Positions 11,311 through 23,399 of a stretch of DNA of 33,941 nucleotides are shown one piece after another. Position numbers and translations under genes: made by a program. The stretch is from positions 1 to 33,941 of the forward strand of contig JAAPAO010000387.1 of NCBI GenBank assembly GCA_013115145.1. Reading direction: 5' to 3'. Position 1 is the first letter of the stretch. The number at the start of each line of letters is the position of its first letter. The notes beneath the pieces were generated by a model, which searched no databases, was not told where the DNA came from, and saw only the letters and a list, made by a program, of their open reading frames with translations. Source of the stretch: Perkinsus chesapeaki ATCC PRA-425 (Eukaryota > Protista > Perkinsozoa).

Positions 11311-13692
11311 ATGGACATGAATCGTCCATTCGTCCCGCCGAGCAAACGGCGAGGACAAGGCAGGAGGAGGGGCGTTTCTGTACAGGAGATAATGACAATA
11401 CACGCCGTTGCTGATGACGGTATTGGAGATCTTATACTCGGGGTAAGCTTTCCTGGCAATGCCCACTCACCCATCGCCCTCAGACTCTATCAGTGCTTCC
11501 TAAAGCTCTCAGGAGAGGCGGTCTAGCCTGCACACCACGGGAGCAAAGGCTCACTCTGGCGATCGACTTGGATATGGTCGCAGTGTGGTCATCGAGTACC
11601 GCCTTAGCTGGCTTGTTGGCGAGCTCTCGGTCAACGGACTCGTCTGCCAACACCGGAATTCACTTGGTGAGAGTCCGAGGATTAAACTCGGAGCACAAAA
11701 TTAGTCTGCGGCTGCGCAGAGGGCTGAAAGATTTTGTGGAGAGGGCAGCCCAGTCTTACGACGTCGGCTTGATCTCGGATACTGCACCGACATGTCTGGT
11801 TCGGGCAGTAGCGAGGGTCATCGACGGCGGGGAAGGACTTTTGAGTTTCATGAGGGGAAGTGATGAGATTGGGATTGCCCAGCGTGTCGATTGCCTCGTA
11901 CCCGTTGATAGGGGGGAGGCGCTGGTGCTAAGCAACCGAAGGTAAGCTTCGAACTCGCATCTCGCCGCTCAATAGGGTATCTGGAATCTATACGTAGGGG
12001 GCTCTCGAATGGAGAGTCTCGATAAAGCCCGAATCCGAAAAACGCAGTTGTTCTAAAATGTTTTGTGATTTTCACAAGAGTGAGCCTGACCGATTTTGGT
12101 CCGATAAGGCTGATGGTTATGTAAAACAAATAAGAGGTTACTCATATGGTATATACTACCGGAGCCTCTCCTTTTCGGCAGAACTCAGTCTCTCCCTCAA
12201 CTCCTTCACTTTTAGGGACATGGCTTCATCATGGAGTGAATTTTCGGTCTCTCGTTGGCGTTATCCCATAAACTCTCACACGCTGGTGGCCTCTCAGGTG
12301 CCTTTGTCCACCAGAGGCGGTCCTGATAGAAACTGAACCCTTCGACTTAACGGCATTGGATGATGAGAGGTTTATACGGCGATTGCTGCACACCTCCAGC
12401 GGGAGCAAGATTAGGCAGCTGGTCAGGCAGCGCGATCCGGACGAGGGCGTGCTGATGGAACTGTGGAGGAATTGCTTCGAACGGATACAATATCTACGAG
12501 CTGGTCTTTGCCCTCAGTACCAGTTGTCGGCTGCGAAGGCCAAGTTGGAGGTCCAGAGGACGGTTCTAGCAGGATGTGTTATATGCCTAGGTAGGTGGCA
12601 TGCGAAAGGTCTTTGAAATGCTGGTAATATGCACCTGCAACATAATACAGTACCCGTCATCTAAAGACGGTTGAACTTTCAACGGGCCTCATACATTCAT
12701 TCTTTAGAGTTTTCACTTGAAATTTCAAATTTGTAGGTTTTAACATATGGTGAGTGTATTATGTTAAAACCTACAAATGTTGCCCGTTGAAAGTTCAACC
12801 GTCTTTAGATGACGGGTACTGTACTTATAGTGGGTCTGTTGGAATGCCAATGGTTATACTTTACACTTTCGGTCGCATTGTGAATGTCAGTGTGCAGCCA
12901 TGTGTGGGCGGTACACTCTGTATAGATGTGATGTGGTATTCCAACTGCGTGTTCGATAATTAAGTGGGTTGGTAAACTTACATAGGAAATGGCTGATGTA
13001 AACTGTTCAGTCCAAACTCGAGGTCTCCCCAACGATCGTCTTTCCGGTCGAAAGATATCCGATGAGGTGTGTGTTGCCAGGTCCCAAATGGCCGAGGGAT
13101 TCCCGGAGAGCCATGCGACGGAGGCTAGGAGAATTCGGTGCGATTGTGTACATAAACCCAATGAAGGCACAGTGGGAGCATGTAACCCACATTTTGTGTT
13201 GGAAAAGGGAACCTGATCAGAAAGTAAGCTTTCAGGGGCGTCGCAATGCGCAGTGGTATTCTTAGTGGCGCTCGCTGGTTGGTTTGCCGGACGGCGTGTG
13301 GACGTCTAATAGGATCTTCACGGTACATCGGGCCTGGGCAGTTCGAGTGTTTACTATGTGGACAAGGCCATTCGAAGGAACCTTCAGTGTGAGCTGGGAG
13401 GCTTGGTGGAAGTGTCTTGTTAGGGAGCTGCTAATGGTGATGAAGTTCAGTTCTTTGATTACTGTTGTGAAATTGATGTGCATACGGTATTTTGAAAGGC
13501 AGGTTGAGTAATTGACACAATGTCATGCGGAGATTGTTGTAGAAGTCTTGTTGGAATCTGCCTTACTCGCTCACTAACAGCACTTCCTTGCAGGTTGATC
13601 GTGTTAAAAGTACCGTTGATGGGGAGGAGTGGTATGAGGAATCTCATTGGGCGATTGGCCATGCGACCTCCTCCGCAGAAGCACTCAATTGA
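11311..13692 (+). CDS. Divergent FCP1/CPL-like RNA Pol II CTD phosphatase (FCP-homology HAD domain + C-terminal BRCT), multi-exon
   Basis: RLTLAIDLDMV (DxDxV at 11565-11579), LRLRRGLKDFVERAAQSYDV and ALVLSNRSEPDRFW...KQIRGYSY. BRCT-like segments follow: RTVLAGCVICLG, EFGAIV...VTHIL and VHRAWAVRVFTMWTRPFEGTF. Domain order matches FCP1. Some middle and 3' junctions are tentative. Confidence 0.75.
12648..12821. mobile_element. 174-bp MITE, Tc1/mariner-type (TA target duplication), in intron 12591-13080
   Basis: Perfect 40-bp TIRs CAGTACCCGTCATCTAAAGACGGTTGAACTTTCAACGGGC (12648-12687 / 12782-12821), flanked by TA at 12646-12647 and 12822-12823. Internal perfect 19-bp inverted repeat at 12729-12747 / 12760-12778. 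Confidence 0.9.
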
Positions 13693-13998
13693 ACCCTGGT
13701 GAGCGGCCAATCCGAGGCTCCCCCGTGACCTGACTGTGATGATGATGAAGACTAGGTCCCACCGTGCTTTGTATCGTAACACTGTGTATCTTGTATAGTA
13801 TACCTCAGTATTTCCAGAGTGACTTTGTGATTCATATACTTTGTGTTAAGTTGTAATTAAGAGTAGTTTCGAACCGATCGGGCATCTTGTGGCATCAAAT
13901 GCTATAACGCTACCGGCAGAATCCTGGGACTGCGCGGGGGGAGCAGCGTTGGAACTGCTACAGACAAGTTAGAGGAGGTATTGCACTATTCCTCATTA

Positions 13999-16900
13999 AT
14001 GCCTAACTCTCCGCCAACACCCCAACCATTGAGCAGCGCGGAGATAGCCGAAGCCGCGCCACGATATTCCAGAGGGTGGCGTAATGCCAAAGGAACCCAA
14101 TTGGATATGTGGATTGAGAAGGTCGTGGGAGAGATCCCTAAAGATCTCCGAGGTCAGCAATGTCTCCTCACTGCGGTACCAGAGATGCAGCTTAAAAGAG
14201 TTTGGACTCAATGTGTGTTAGAGTCAATACTATTGAGTACCAGATAACAGCGCCGGTTCAGAAAGCTGACCGTCTCTGAACGCGTGAGTCATCTGTATGT
14301 GCATGGATGGGTTGCTAGAATTGATAGTAGCGGGTATCGTATCTTCGGATCTCCGCTGATGATGATATCTTAAGATATCACGCGGGCTTTGGAGGACTTG
14401 CGTTCCAGCTTGGACGAAGTTTTCAAGGCGGAGATCTCGGTTCAAGATATTTGGCAGTAATTTTGGTCAGGCACGTTCATCCGCAACGGCCCAGGTGTGC
14501 ACGAAGTTTACGGTGAAGAGCTGAAGCACCCCATTGATGGTGATGGGCTTGTAGTGGCTTTGGCATTTGTCAATGGCAAAGCGCATTTGAGGAGCAGGTA
14601 AGATGGCACATGGTAGCTCAATTTAGGTAGATATCTTTCTTTCGATTACGCTGCCCCCACTGCGGTTGGTACGCTAGCGGCGGCTTCGTAGCGGAGGGCG
14701 AGATTCTGGTCATCTTCTACATAACTCAGTTGTATGCCGCGATTGGAAGCAGTTTCATCATCAGTGAGCGTTCACGACTACCTCTGTCTAAAAATGGCAC
14801 TGGCATGATCCGCTTCTCTGCTACCCTCCCATGTTCAGAGACGACCTCTTGGCTTTGGCCGGGTTCCGCATGGAATAGGGAAATGGCATTTTCCTATTCT
14901 CGTCTGAACTTTCTTGAATTCACTTTATGCCGAAGATAGCGTCTTAATATATCTAACGATGTGAGGTTGCATCAGTCATTTACAATGGAGATAGTCTTTC
15001 TGTTCACCGACGCACGATTTCCATCGACTCGATGGAAATCGTGCAACTGCTCGATGGCATCGAGCAGTTGCTTTAGATTCGTATATACATTTTCCCACCA
15101 AGCTGAGCAGGCGGCAGGCCGGATGCTGTATCCTGGCCAGATGGGCTCGGTGCCAAAGAATCCAAGGCTCCCCGTCAGGTGAGATTTCTCGGCTCTCAGC
15201 GAGTAATGGTTATCAGATGGAGAGACCCAAGCCATACCAACGTGCTTTGTTGGGGCGGACGAGTTCTTTCATTTCACGAGTAAGCGGGCAATGGTCACTG
15301 TCATGGCTTTCAGAACTTACACCCTCACTGCCAACTGTCGGCAGTTCTGAAACACCTCTGAATATACCATTAAAATTCTATTATCAAACACTCCCCTGGT
15401 TGGTGGTAAACTATGGCTCCAGCTTGGATGAAAAGTTATGGAACAACACATACTTCTACTGGCTCCAGTCGTATGGCGTTTTAGCAACTCTTCCTCTTAT
15501 TAAGATACGCCCTCCCTCACAGACTTTGCCCCCAAACGCTCGAAACTCTGAAACAAAAAGAGGACTTACAGGGCTCACAGGTGGTGAGCATTCTCACTGA
15601 TTTGCCATTTGAGCGCTCATTTAGACTCTACGGCGAACGTGCGCGCATTTCCGGGTGGACGGGCATGCCAAGCGGCTTGTCACCGTTTCATTTGAGTCCA
15701 AGTCATGCCAAGTGCAATTTAATGAGTATGACAATAATTGGAATCATCACAGTGGAGTCACGCATCGAGTACCGAGCTTGACTTATGTAAGCGGGCTGCT
15801 GCCCTGGCATTGGCCAGGATTCGTTGGTTTCTTACTACAAGGCGATGTTGGTACAGTGGCAATATCTCATCCAGGTCAGAAAGTGTCGGATGGGGAGTGA
15901 GTCCCGAGGGTTATGTCGAGATTCGTTTATAGGTTTTACCAGAGGTTGCATGACTTGCGGTTGCCACGCGCTCATTTCCTCGTCTCTGGAAGAGCTCTTA
16001 GTCACTTGGGGCGGATTCCTGTGACGACGTCGAACACTGTTTTTGACTCGCGCGATGCACGGATTGGCAGCATCCCTTCTTCGTTCCACTCCAAACGTGG
16101 CCTCGTTCATAATTCAGCTCCACTGTACCTCCCTGTCTACTCTCACTATAATGTGACTTACACGCTGCAAGTTCAACTTGAGTCATTTAACATTCCGCAT
16201 TGCACTCGATGCACCGTCCGATTTACCGTCCAAGTCGCCCGCAAGCGTTGGGCTCTTCAAGGAGTATCACAGGGCGGTACCCGACCTTAGGTTCACGATT
16301 TCCTTTTAACACCGGATTACTATGTAGTTCACATGACACCATTCGTGTCGCTGGAAGACTTCAAGTACACCAATAAGGCTCCTGGATTGCTGATGAGGTT
16401 GGTCCAGTGTCCCGAATTGCCATTATTTCAATTGGATTGCTTCCGTGGTAGCATGGTGTCTCAGTACCACTGTCGGGGTCCTAATATGACACTTACCAAA
16501 AGAAAATTTGCGTCTGATGTGAGTTCACATCGGCTTCATAGGGCGGTATATCTACGTTGAAGAGGGAGAACAGCGCATAGGGCTTTAATGGCTCCTCAGC
16601 TGGAGCTAACTCATCCAGATATCCTGTGCGTAGATTCCATCCGGGGCTACCAAGCAGGCTGGTAGTGATCCCCCGTAATAGCGGAACCGGAGAACCGGTA
16701 AGATTTGCGGACATCTCAGAATATAAGTGGCTATATTAGGTTCGCCAGTTTGACATCCAACCATGTCACATTTATCACTTTGCCCATTGCAACCAGAAGC
16801 GGTGCTTCCACAACAGTGACGAGGTGACCCTCGAGATTTCTGCGTTATGTCTACCGGAGGAATTCACCATGGAGTTCAAAGACAAGCTCTTCCTCTCTAA

Positions 16901-18192
16901 CTCTAACGACGCTCCAGGTGGAGTTCCACGCTACGCTCAGCCGAACGTGATCATGGTATCTGAAATGCACGACCGAATTTATGACAAGTTGCTCAGCTTT
17001 TTGACATAGGGAGTCCAGCATGGGTGACTCTCGCCCTTACCTATCTTTGCAATGCCCTCTACTATGTCCCTGTATCATATTAAAGTGGCTGCTCCCCTCA
17101 ATAGCTCTACAATTGTCCGTTCATATTAGGCCATGGGCGCTCCATGATTCGGTCATGTTTTCCGGTCACTCTTTGGTGCGCTGTATAGTACTCCGACTCT
17201 CCATTGAGAGCAGGCTTATTCTCGTGACAGGTCAAATGTACAGCTTCACCTTGTCTTTCTTCCGAAGCGATACTTCAACTAAAGTCCATAGCGTCGGAGA
17301 CGGCGGAATCAGGCGACTCGGAGGCTCGATGTGCGGAGAGTTCCCGACTGTCCATCCCTGGTCACACGTTACACCAGGTAATCGCACAGGATGTAGCGCT
17401 CCGACGTTTCGCTGTAAACAAAGTGTTATATAAAGAGGTTCTATTAACAGTAGGCCTCCAGTGAAAATCACTAACAGAGAAAATTGAATCAAGTGAAGGG
17501 TAAAATTAACAACACAACGAAGTAAATTTTTCTGGAGAATTCGGGCTTTAATGAAACCCGAACTGCAGTACAGTAAAGCATAAGGCTGCTTTGCGCTTCA
17601 CTGTACTGATAATCAATACACGAATGCCCCACTACTCCTCCTCCATGCTTCATGGTGATTCATGCTCAGCCTCGAATCGGTTCATCTACGTGATGGGGAA
17701 CGTGAGCAAGAGGCTGCCTTTCAACTCTATTATTAAGATCGACCGTCAGTCTCCGGTAGACGACCATCACAAGTCTGTCTTCGCAAGCAGCTTTAGGAAG
17801 TACCTATAAGCGTCTGGACCAGTCCTCCCGGCTGCACTGTTGGTGAGCCGGTGTTCTGTCCCAAACTGGAATGCAAAGGCCAAGTGCCGCGCACGACCGT
17901 CGAAGAGGAAAACGGGTATCTGGCGGTAGGTTCCGGGTTCAATCCCCAGTCTCGGCATTTTATTGCCAGGTTCAAGTATACGACTCGGCCCGACATTCTA
18001 CTTACTTTGTGCTCCTAGAAGCGGCCGACCCATCCAAGGGCCCGGTATGCGAAGTGAGCCACATTACCACAGTCAACCTGCCGGCTAGTCTCTGTATGTC
18101 AGTTACATACCGACACTTTCATCACTAACGGATTCCATGGCTCTTGGTCTGATGAGCTTTTGGGCTTGGGGGAACCTCATGGAAAGCTTTGA
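13999..18192 (+). CDS. CCD: Carotenoid cleavage oxygenase (RPE65/ACO/CCD family), multi-exon
   Basis: VVGEIPKDLR|GTFIRNGPG (RNGPG at 14482-14496), HPIDGDGLVVALAF, RFVYT and TNVLCWGGRVLSFHE. Four His ligands: CAHF (15646), VHDF (16294), IYHF (16776), GFHGSW (18136). Second-shell Glu motifs GEFP and GEPVF present. TGA at 18190-18192. Confidence 0.93.
15012..15071. repeat. Two abutting perfect palindromes (16-bp and 14-bp arms, 1-nt spacers) in CCO intron 2
   Basis: GCACGATTTCCATCGA-C-TCGATGGAAATCGTGC (15012-15044) overlaps by 2 nt with GCAACTGCTCGATG-G-CATCGAGCAGTTGC (15043-15071). Confidence 0.97.
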
Positions 18193-18328
18193 TTTTCATA
18201 TTGCTAATCTTCATTTGTTTTGACGTCACTTCGGTCTTTCGTTCACAATCGAAGAAGATCGATAAATTATGCAATTTTCCTTCGCCTTTCTGATTGATAC
18301 ACTTTTAGTAAGTTACAAAGTTTTTTTA

Positions 18329-21300
18329 ATGTCGAGATGGCTGCTTCGAACACGCTGGCTTCGGCAGCAAGCGAATCCGCGGTTCTCTGCATCTACGGCA
18401 GTTATACCGCGAACTGAGAAGAAGGCAGCTGGTGCCTTCCAGTGGCCTTTCATTCATAGAAAATCGATAACCAATGGAATACAGAAAGCCATCCTGGGAA
18501 CGAAGGGTAGCTGCAGATAGGGACGCATTTAGGCTCGAAAGGATGCGCTTTCTTGGGATGGTCGGCAAACAGTACTGATGTGGAGATTCGATGTCTGATG
18601 TGTTCTCAAAGACATTACTTGTAGCGTTCCTCCATCACTCTTTGGCAGCAGCTATCACCGTGTACTTTGAATAATATAAAGTCAGTGAAATATCCAGTAC
18701 TTTAAGTTAGTAGATGAAATGAACACCTAAATGAAATCGCCGGTGGCCAGAACTGAATAGTTAGCTTTGCTTTTTCAATGACTCGAGTATTAATATTAAT
18801 AGCCGAATTCGAGTCTTTTTTGGATCGATCAATAACAGTTATGTGATTGCTGGTATCCGTGCAACCTTCGGTGATCCAAAAGCCGGAGTTCCAGTTTTTT
18901 TGCAACTCTTTGTGTTAACTGACCGCTCGTGACTCACAGGAATCTTCCCAGCGTAATTAATAGTGTAACTCACTAGTAACATTGTGTGCCTTCAGGTTCA
19001 CCGGATGCCTCTATTACCTGGGTGGTTGGCCCTCGAGGTTGCGGCAAGACCACAGCAATCATGTCAACACCTGTGCAGGCCTCACAAGCTGTCGCACTTC
19101 AATTCGATTTTCTCAGTACTGAAGAGTAAGTCTACGCCGTTTAACGATCGATCGTGCACTGTCTCATTTGCCTGTACTGTAATACTGCCGAGCACTTCTG
19201 TCACGCTTGCAACCTTCGTTTATGCACGCAGTGTTGGTATATCTGTCTTCCTCAGTTAGCCCCTCAATTTCCCCATTTATATAGTAGACACATTCTCTAG
19301 TAGTGCGGAGAGTTTCCAACTGTCCATCCCAGTCTCATGTCCCTCCACTAATAGTGGAATGTAAAAATCGACTGGAATTTTATACAATTTTCGGGGAAAC
19401 TATCTTTCCTTGTATGCTTACTGCCGCTTTAGAACACAGACCACCAACTTGGTGTCACTAAAGGGTTGGTGAGGGCACGAACTGATCAGTATTATTGCAC
19501 TCGGTCGTTGGCATGCAAACGAAATTAACTAATACTTTGGGAGAGTGTGGCCTGGCAGCTCGGGCTTCGCTCAATAAAGTGAGACTCGACTCTGAGCTGG
19601 CTGGCTGTCTCAGGCAGAATCTCGACGAGCTGGGCACTGGTATGGAACAATCACTGCGCAAACAGATCCTTAGAGCATGGTTCAAAGAATGGACGATACC
19701 AGGGGTTTACCAGGGCATCTGTGACTTTTACCAGGAGTACCTCGGATGCGAGTTCGACCAAGTAAGGCGGAAGTAGTGCTTGCTGTGATCTATACTCTTC
19801 AAGGTCCTTCCCGAGTATCTAGCATCTTCGCATCTTTCCCAGCTGGTACGACATAACGTGACTGGATACAAACTGTGGGCTCTCACGGTCCAACACGGGG
19901 GAGATAATTCGGACGATGGCGCCCTGGAACTCAGTATGTCCTAAACCTAAAATGGTCATTGTTATCAACTTGCTTTACCTACACAGTCTCCCTGTGTCTG
20001 CCGTTGAGCCATACGGTTCTATCGAGTCATTGTATATTATGTAAACCTATGGGGTTCTTGTATCGCATTGGCTGCTGAGCGTCTTAACGGTGATGTCTTA
20101 TGAGGCTCCTTCCACCCTCAGGCTCTAAAATCCTTATGTACTACCTCAAGACCAACAACATACCAAACAGGACGTCTATTCCCATAAAACTGCTTTTATA
20201 CTTGTCCGCTCAGAAGTTGAAGAAGGATCAAAAGCTGGCTTTGTGTCTGTAAGTCCATTAGTATCTGCCTAATTGCAAGTTGATTGGCGACTTATCAAGC
20301 CCGATAAGCGGCTGCCTATGTCATCTAACGTCCCCCGACATGTATCTCCATGACCTTCTCTAGGTTCCATGTTGACGTTGCTGACAGGAGTCCAAGCCTG
20401 TCTACCAAAGCCGGGCATCCCGATGCCACAGTAGGTTGTCGGTACAACTGTGGACAAGATAGATATCCTGGCTGCTCTCAGGTGAACCTTCTTCCGCAGC
20501 TTATGAACTGCACCAGTGATATTGGGGCTAATCTTATACTAGAATGTGATGACAATATTACACAGATTTCAATGATAGATCCCGATCGGCATGGCATCGT
20601 CGAGCTTTCTGATTTCACTATGGGATCTGTATGTTAAGTGTCGATTCATCCGACAGACTCTCTTGTAGGTTCGACACGTGTTTGTGCCGAGCCTGCTATC
20701 TGACCGCCCGACAGCTACTGCAGAAGGTAGGTCATGGGCGCAAGAAAACCCGGTCTCGAATCGGTGTAAATTCGTCAAGCATCGGACAATGTATTGAGTT
20801 CCATTTTTATCGTTCTGTCATCGGTAGGTAGAGTGGGCGATGATCAGCGAGACGACGCAGGACATTTCGACGCGCTTTGGAGTCTTTTTGGCGGCCACCC
20901 GGCGACGCTCCGGAAATTAAGCGAGTAACAGTTGCTCGAAAACTGGGTTTGGGTTTTTCAACAATGGTTCAGGTACTTCGACGAAGCCACTAAGATCGAT
21001 AAAGCTGAGCGGACCAAGAAGGAAATGGAGATGCGTGAAAATATCAAACGCGGGAAAAAGCGAGACATAGTTTCGCCTCATGTGTTTGAAGGCACTATAC
21101 GGAAGAACGATGCTTTAAGGTACGGGGCACTGATACATCCTGCGTAGTAGTGTTACTATGAAAGTGTATCAAGAATGAAGACAGGTTCGATTCACTACGG
21201 TATGCCTCCGTATATCGAAATCTGCTCCAGCGGAAATGTCCAAACCTGCCAGGAAAATTTAGTATTTACTTCTCTTAGCCATTACTAGCGCATCCTTACA

Positions 21301-22296
21301 GGAAGTACTCAATTGGACTTATTCTTTATATAATAATAACGTAAATAGTGCGTACTAGAAATAGGAGGAACCTCCACTTTACTGCCCCTGAAGTTCACCT
21401 TTTGCTGTAGGAATTGTGCCACCGTTCTCATGAGTACGGACCCAAGCGCGCCGTTGCGGGCTGATCTTGCGATATTTGACGAACAGATTGCCGAGTTGAT
21501 GAACAGTCGACCTCTGCAAAATATTCGGCGAGGCCTGGCGGATCTCAGCTCAGGAGCAATGTGCCCAGTAAGGAAAATCTGATGTATATATATAGCAGCT
21601 CACTCTTGCAGGTTGAGTACAAAGTTGTTGTTCTCGAGAGCGTCAGATACATTGTCAAACGATGCATGAAGGAGGGCGGGATTGTGGTCCCTGCTGGCCT
21701 TTCACGTGAGCATACAGATCGGAGGCTTCCTGTGTGTCTACTAGCTCCAGAATGAAGAGAGGCTTGTTGTACCATGAGCCTTATTACAAGTAGAGAGAGA
21801 AGTGGCCTACATAGTAGCCATGATACAGGAAATGCCAGGGAAAATGATAAAGAAATACGAAATAGATATGAGAGCTCCCGTGTCACGGCGTGTTTGGTCT
21901 GCTCCGGAATCATTGTAGTCTTGTTTGCCTTGCTCTCAGTTGCCGACATACGTCATCCGGTTGTTGTCGGTATGCTGCATGCCAATCTCCTATCATGTAA
22001 ATGGAAGCCAGTTCCTCGAATACAAATTGCAAATGTTCTGACTGCACGCCTGCTCATCGATTGGGCCGACTCGGAGTTCGATGCCATGAACGCAGTGGAC
22101 AAAGCCAAGTAATCTTGCGACTTGCTGATCAGGGCTTTTGACGACTTCCTAGGTTTGGTCGTCCCCCAAATGACCGTGTACTCTGTGTCGTTTTATTGCC
22201 TCGCTTAGGTACAATCTGACTACAATGCGGAATAGGAAGGACATCACCGGCCAAGTGGATCATTTAGGCTTGCGCGGAGACCATGCATTTACCTGA
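18329..22296 (+). CDS. Hypothetical P-loop NTPase-like protein, probably mitochondrial, multi-exon
   Basis: Arg-rich, acid-free N-terminus MSRWLLRTRWLRQQANPRF. Walker A GPRGCGKT at 19028-19051 after TWVV. Later exons include LWSLFGGHPATLRKL. Consistent GT-AG exon chain to TGA at 22294-22296; early exons not fully resolved. Confidence 0.7.
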
Positions 22297-23399
22297 TGAG
22301 TCATTTATTCTTCCCGAAGTTTCCGATAACCAAGTCTGCCCTTCGCGTTGCCTGGGCGTTTTCTAGTTAATCGACAAGTGGTCTTCCGGTGGGCAGGAGG
22401 GCGAAAATTTTGCTTCTGTAGGCGTCTGATCTATTGTTGCGAATTCACTTGCCGTACAAATCTTTCAATCTCCAAAGAGTTCCGAAGCCTAGATCCTTTA
22501 GCCCACTTAACGCAAGTACGGGTGATCGCGCATAACACCAATGCCTCTATGTTGTTCTAAATCTCCGCCAAGTCTCGGGCACTGTGCTGAAGGGAGGGCT
22601 CGCCTTAGTCGGGGATGATCGGTCGACTGTTACTGACAAATGCAGACTGTAGCACTACACCGCGAATTAAGTATTCGGAAAATCGTCAGGCGAATATAAG
22701 AGCGCGCAAGCCGGAAAGATGACCGGGAAATGCTGTACTCTGATTGATATGAATCGGCTGGAACTGCTCTGTCCATGATTGAATTCCACGCGCAGTCCTG
22801 GAACCTTCAGAGTCAGATGCGTGTACTTCGGAAAGTTATTGATAATGCTACGGACCGATAATTGCCTCAAGCGATTTCCAAGGGGCGTTTCTAGTACAAA
22901 ATGCCAAGCAGCTATCACAACGAGAGAACTTCTCTCCTTAGTTATATGGCCGATAGAGAGCCCCAGATCATCGAAGGCATGAGCTTCCCGAGTACCCTAC
23001 CTGTCTCATACTTGGCACCGGACGGTTTCCCCGCTGCCCCCATAAGGCACTGGGGTCCACCTCGAATAGCCCTGAATCCTACCTGACAAAGACGTCTCTG
23101 TTAATTAGTTAATTACCGGTATTCAGCCTTCGAACGTGGGGAACGTACGCTTCTGGCGCCCGTGGGATTCTATGGTTGTGCTGTGGCTTTGCTCCGAAAT
23201 GAAGCGGTAAGGCGCAGATGATCTTACCCTATCTCGAGTGTGGAGGTTGGAGTTATGTTGACCGCTAGGTCTTCCACCTGGGGCAAGCTGCTCAGACATA
23301 AATGATGGTAGCGAATGGCTACTGTAGTGGCATTAACAATGTTGCAGTTTACCCCCTTGTGACTGTACGCAAGTGCGCTCAAGGCTTTCAGATTGTGCG

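Noticed and set aside
13981-14600. Initially read as a second decayed gag
   Set aside because: Splicing 14152 to 14471 yields the diagnostic carotenoid oxygenase motif GEIPxDLxGTxxRNGPG.
17640-17760. Kelch-like NRFIYVMG segment
   Set aside because: It is a beta-propeller exon of the carotenoid oxygenase, lying between GEFP and GEPVF.
17886-17957. 72-nt GCCG...CGGCA stretch as a complete tRNA gene
   Set aside because: The 5' half is coding exon (QVPRTTVEEENGYLA), the acceptor stem has mismatches and there is no anticodon arm.
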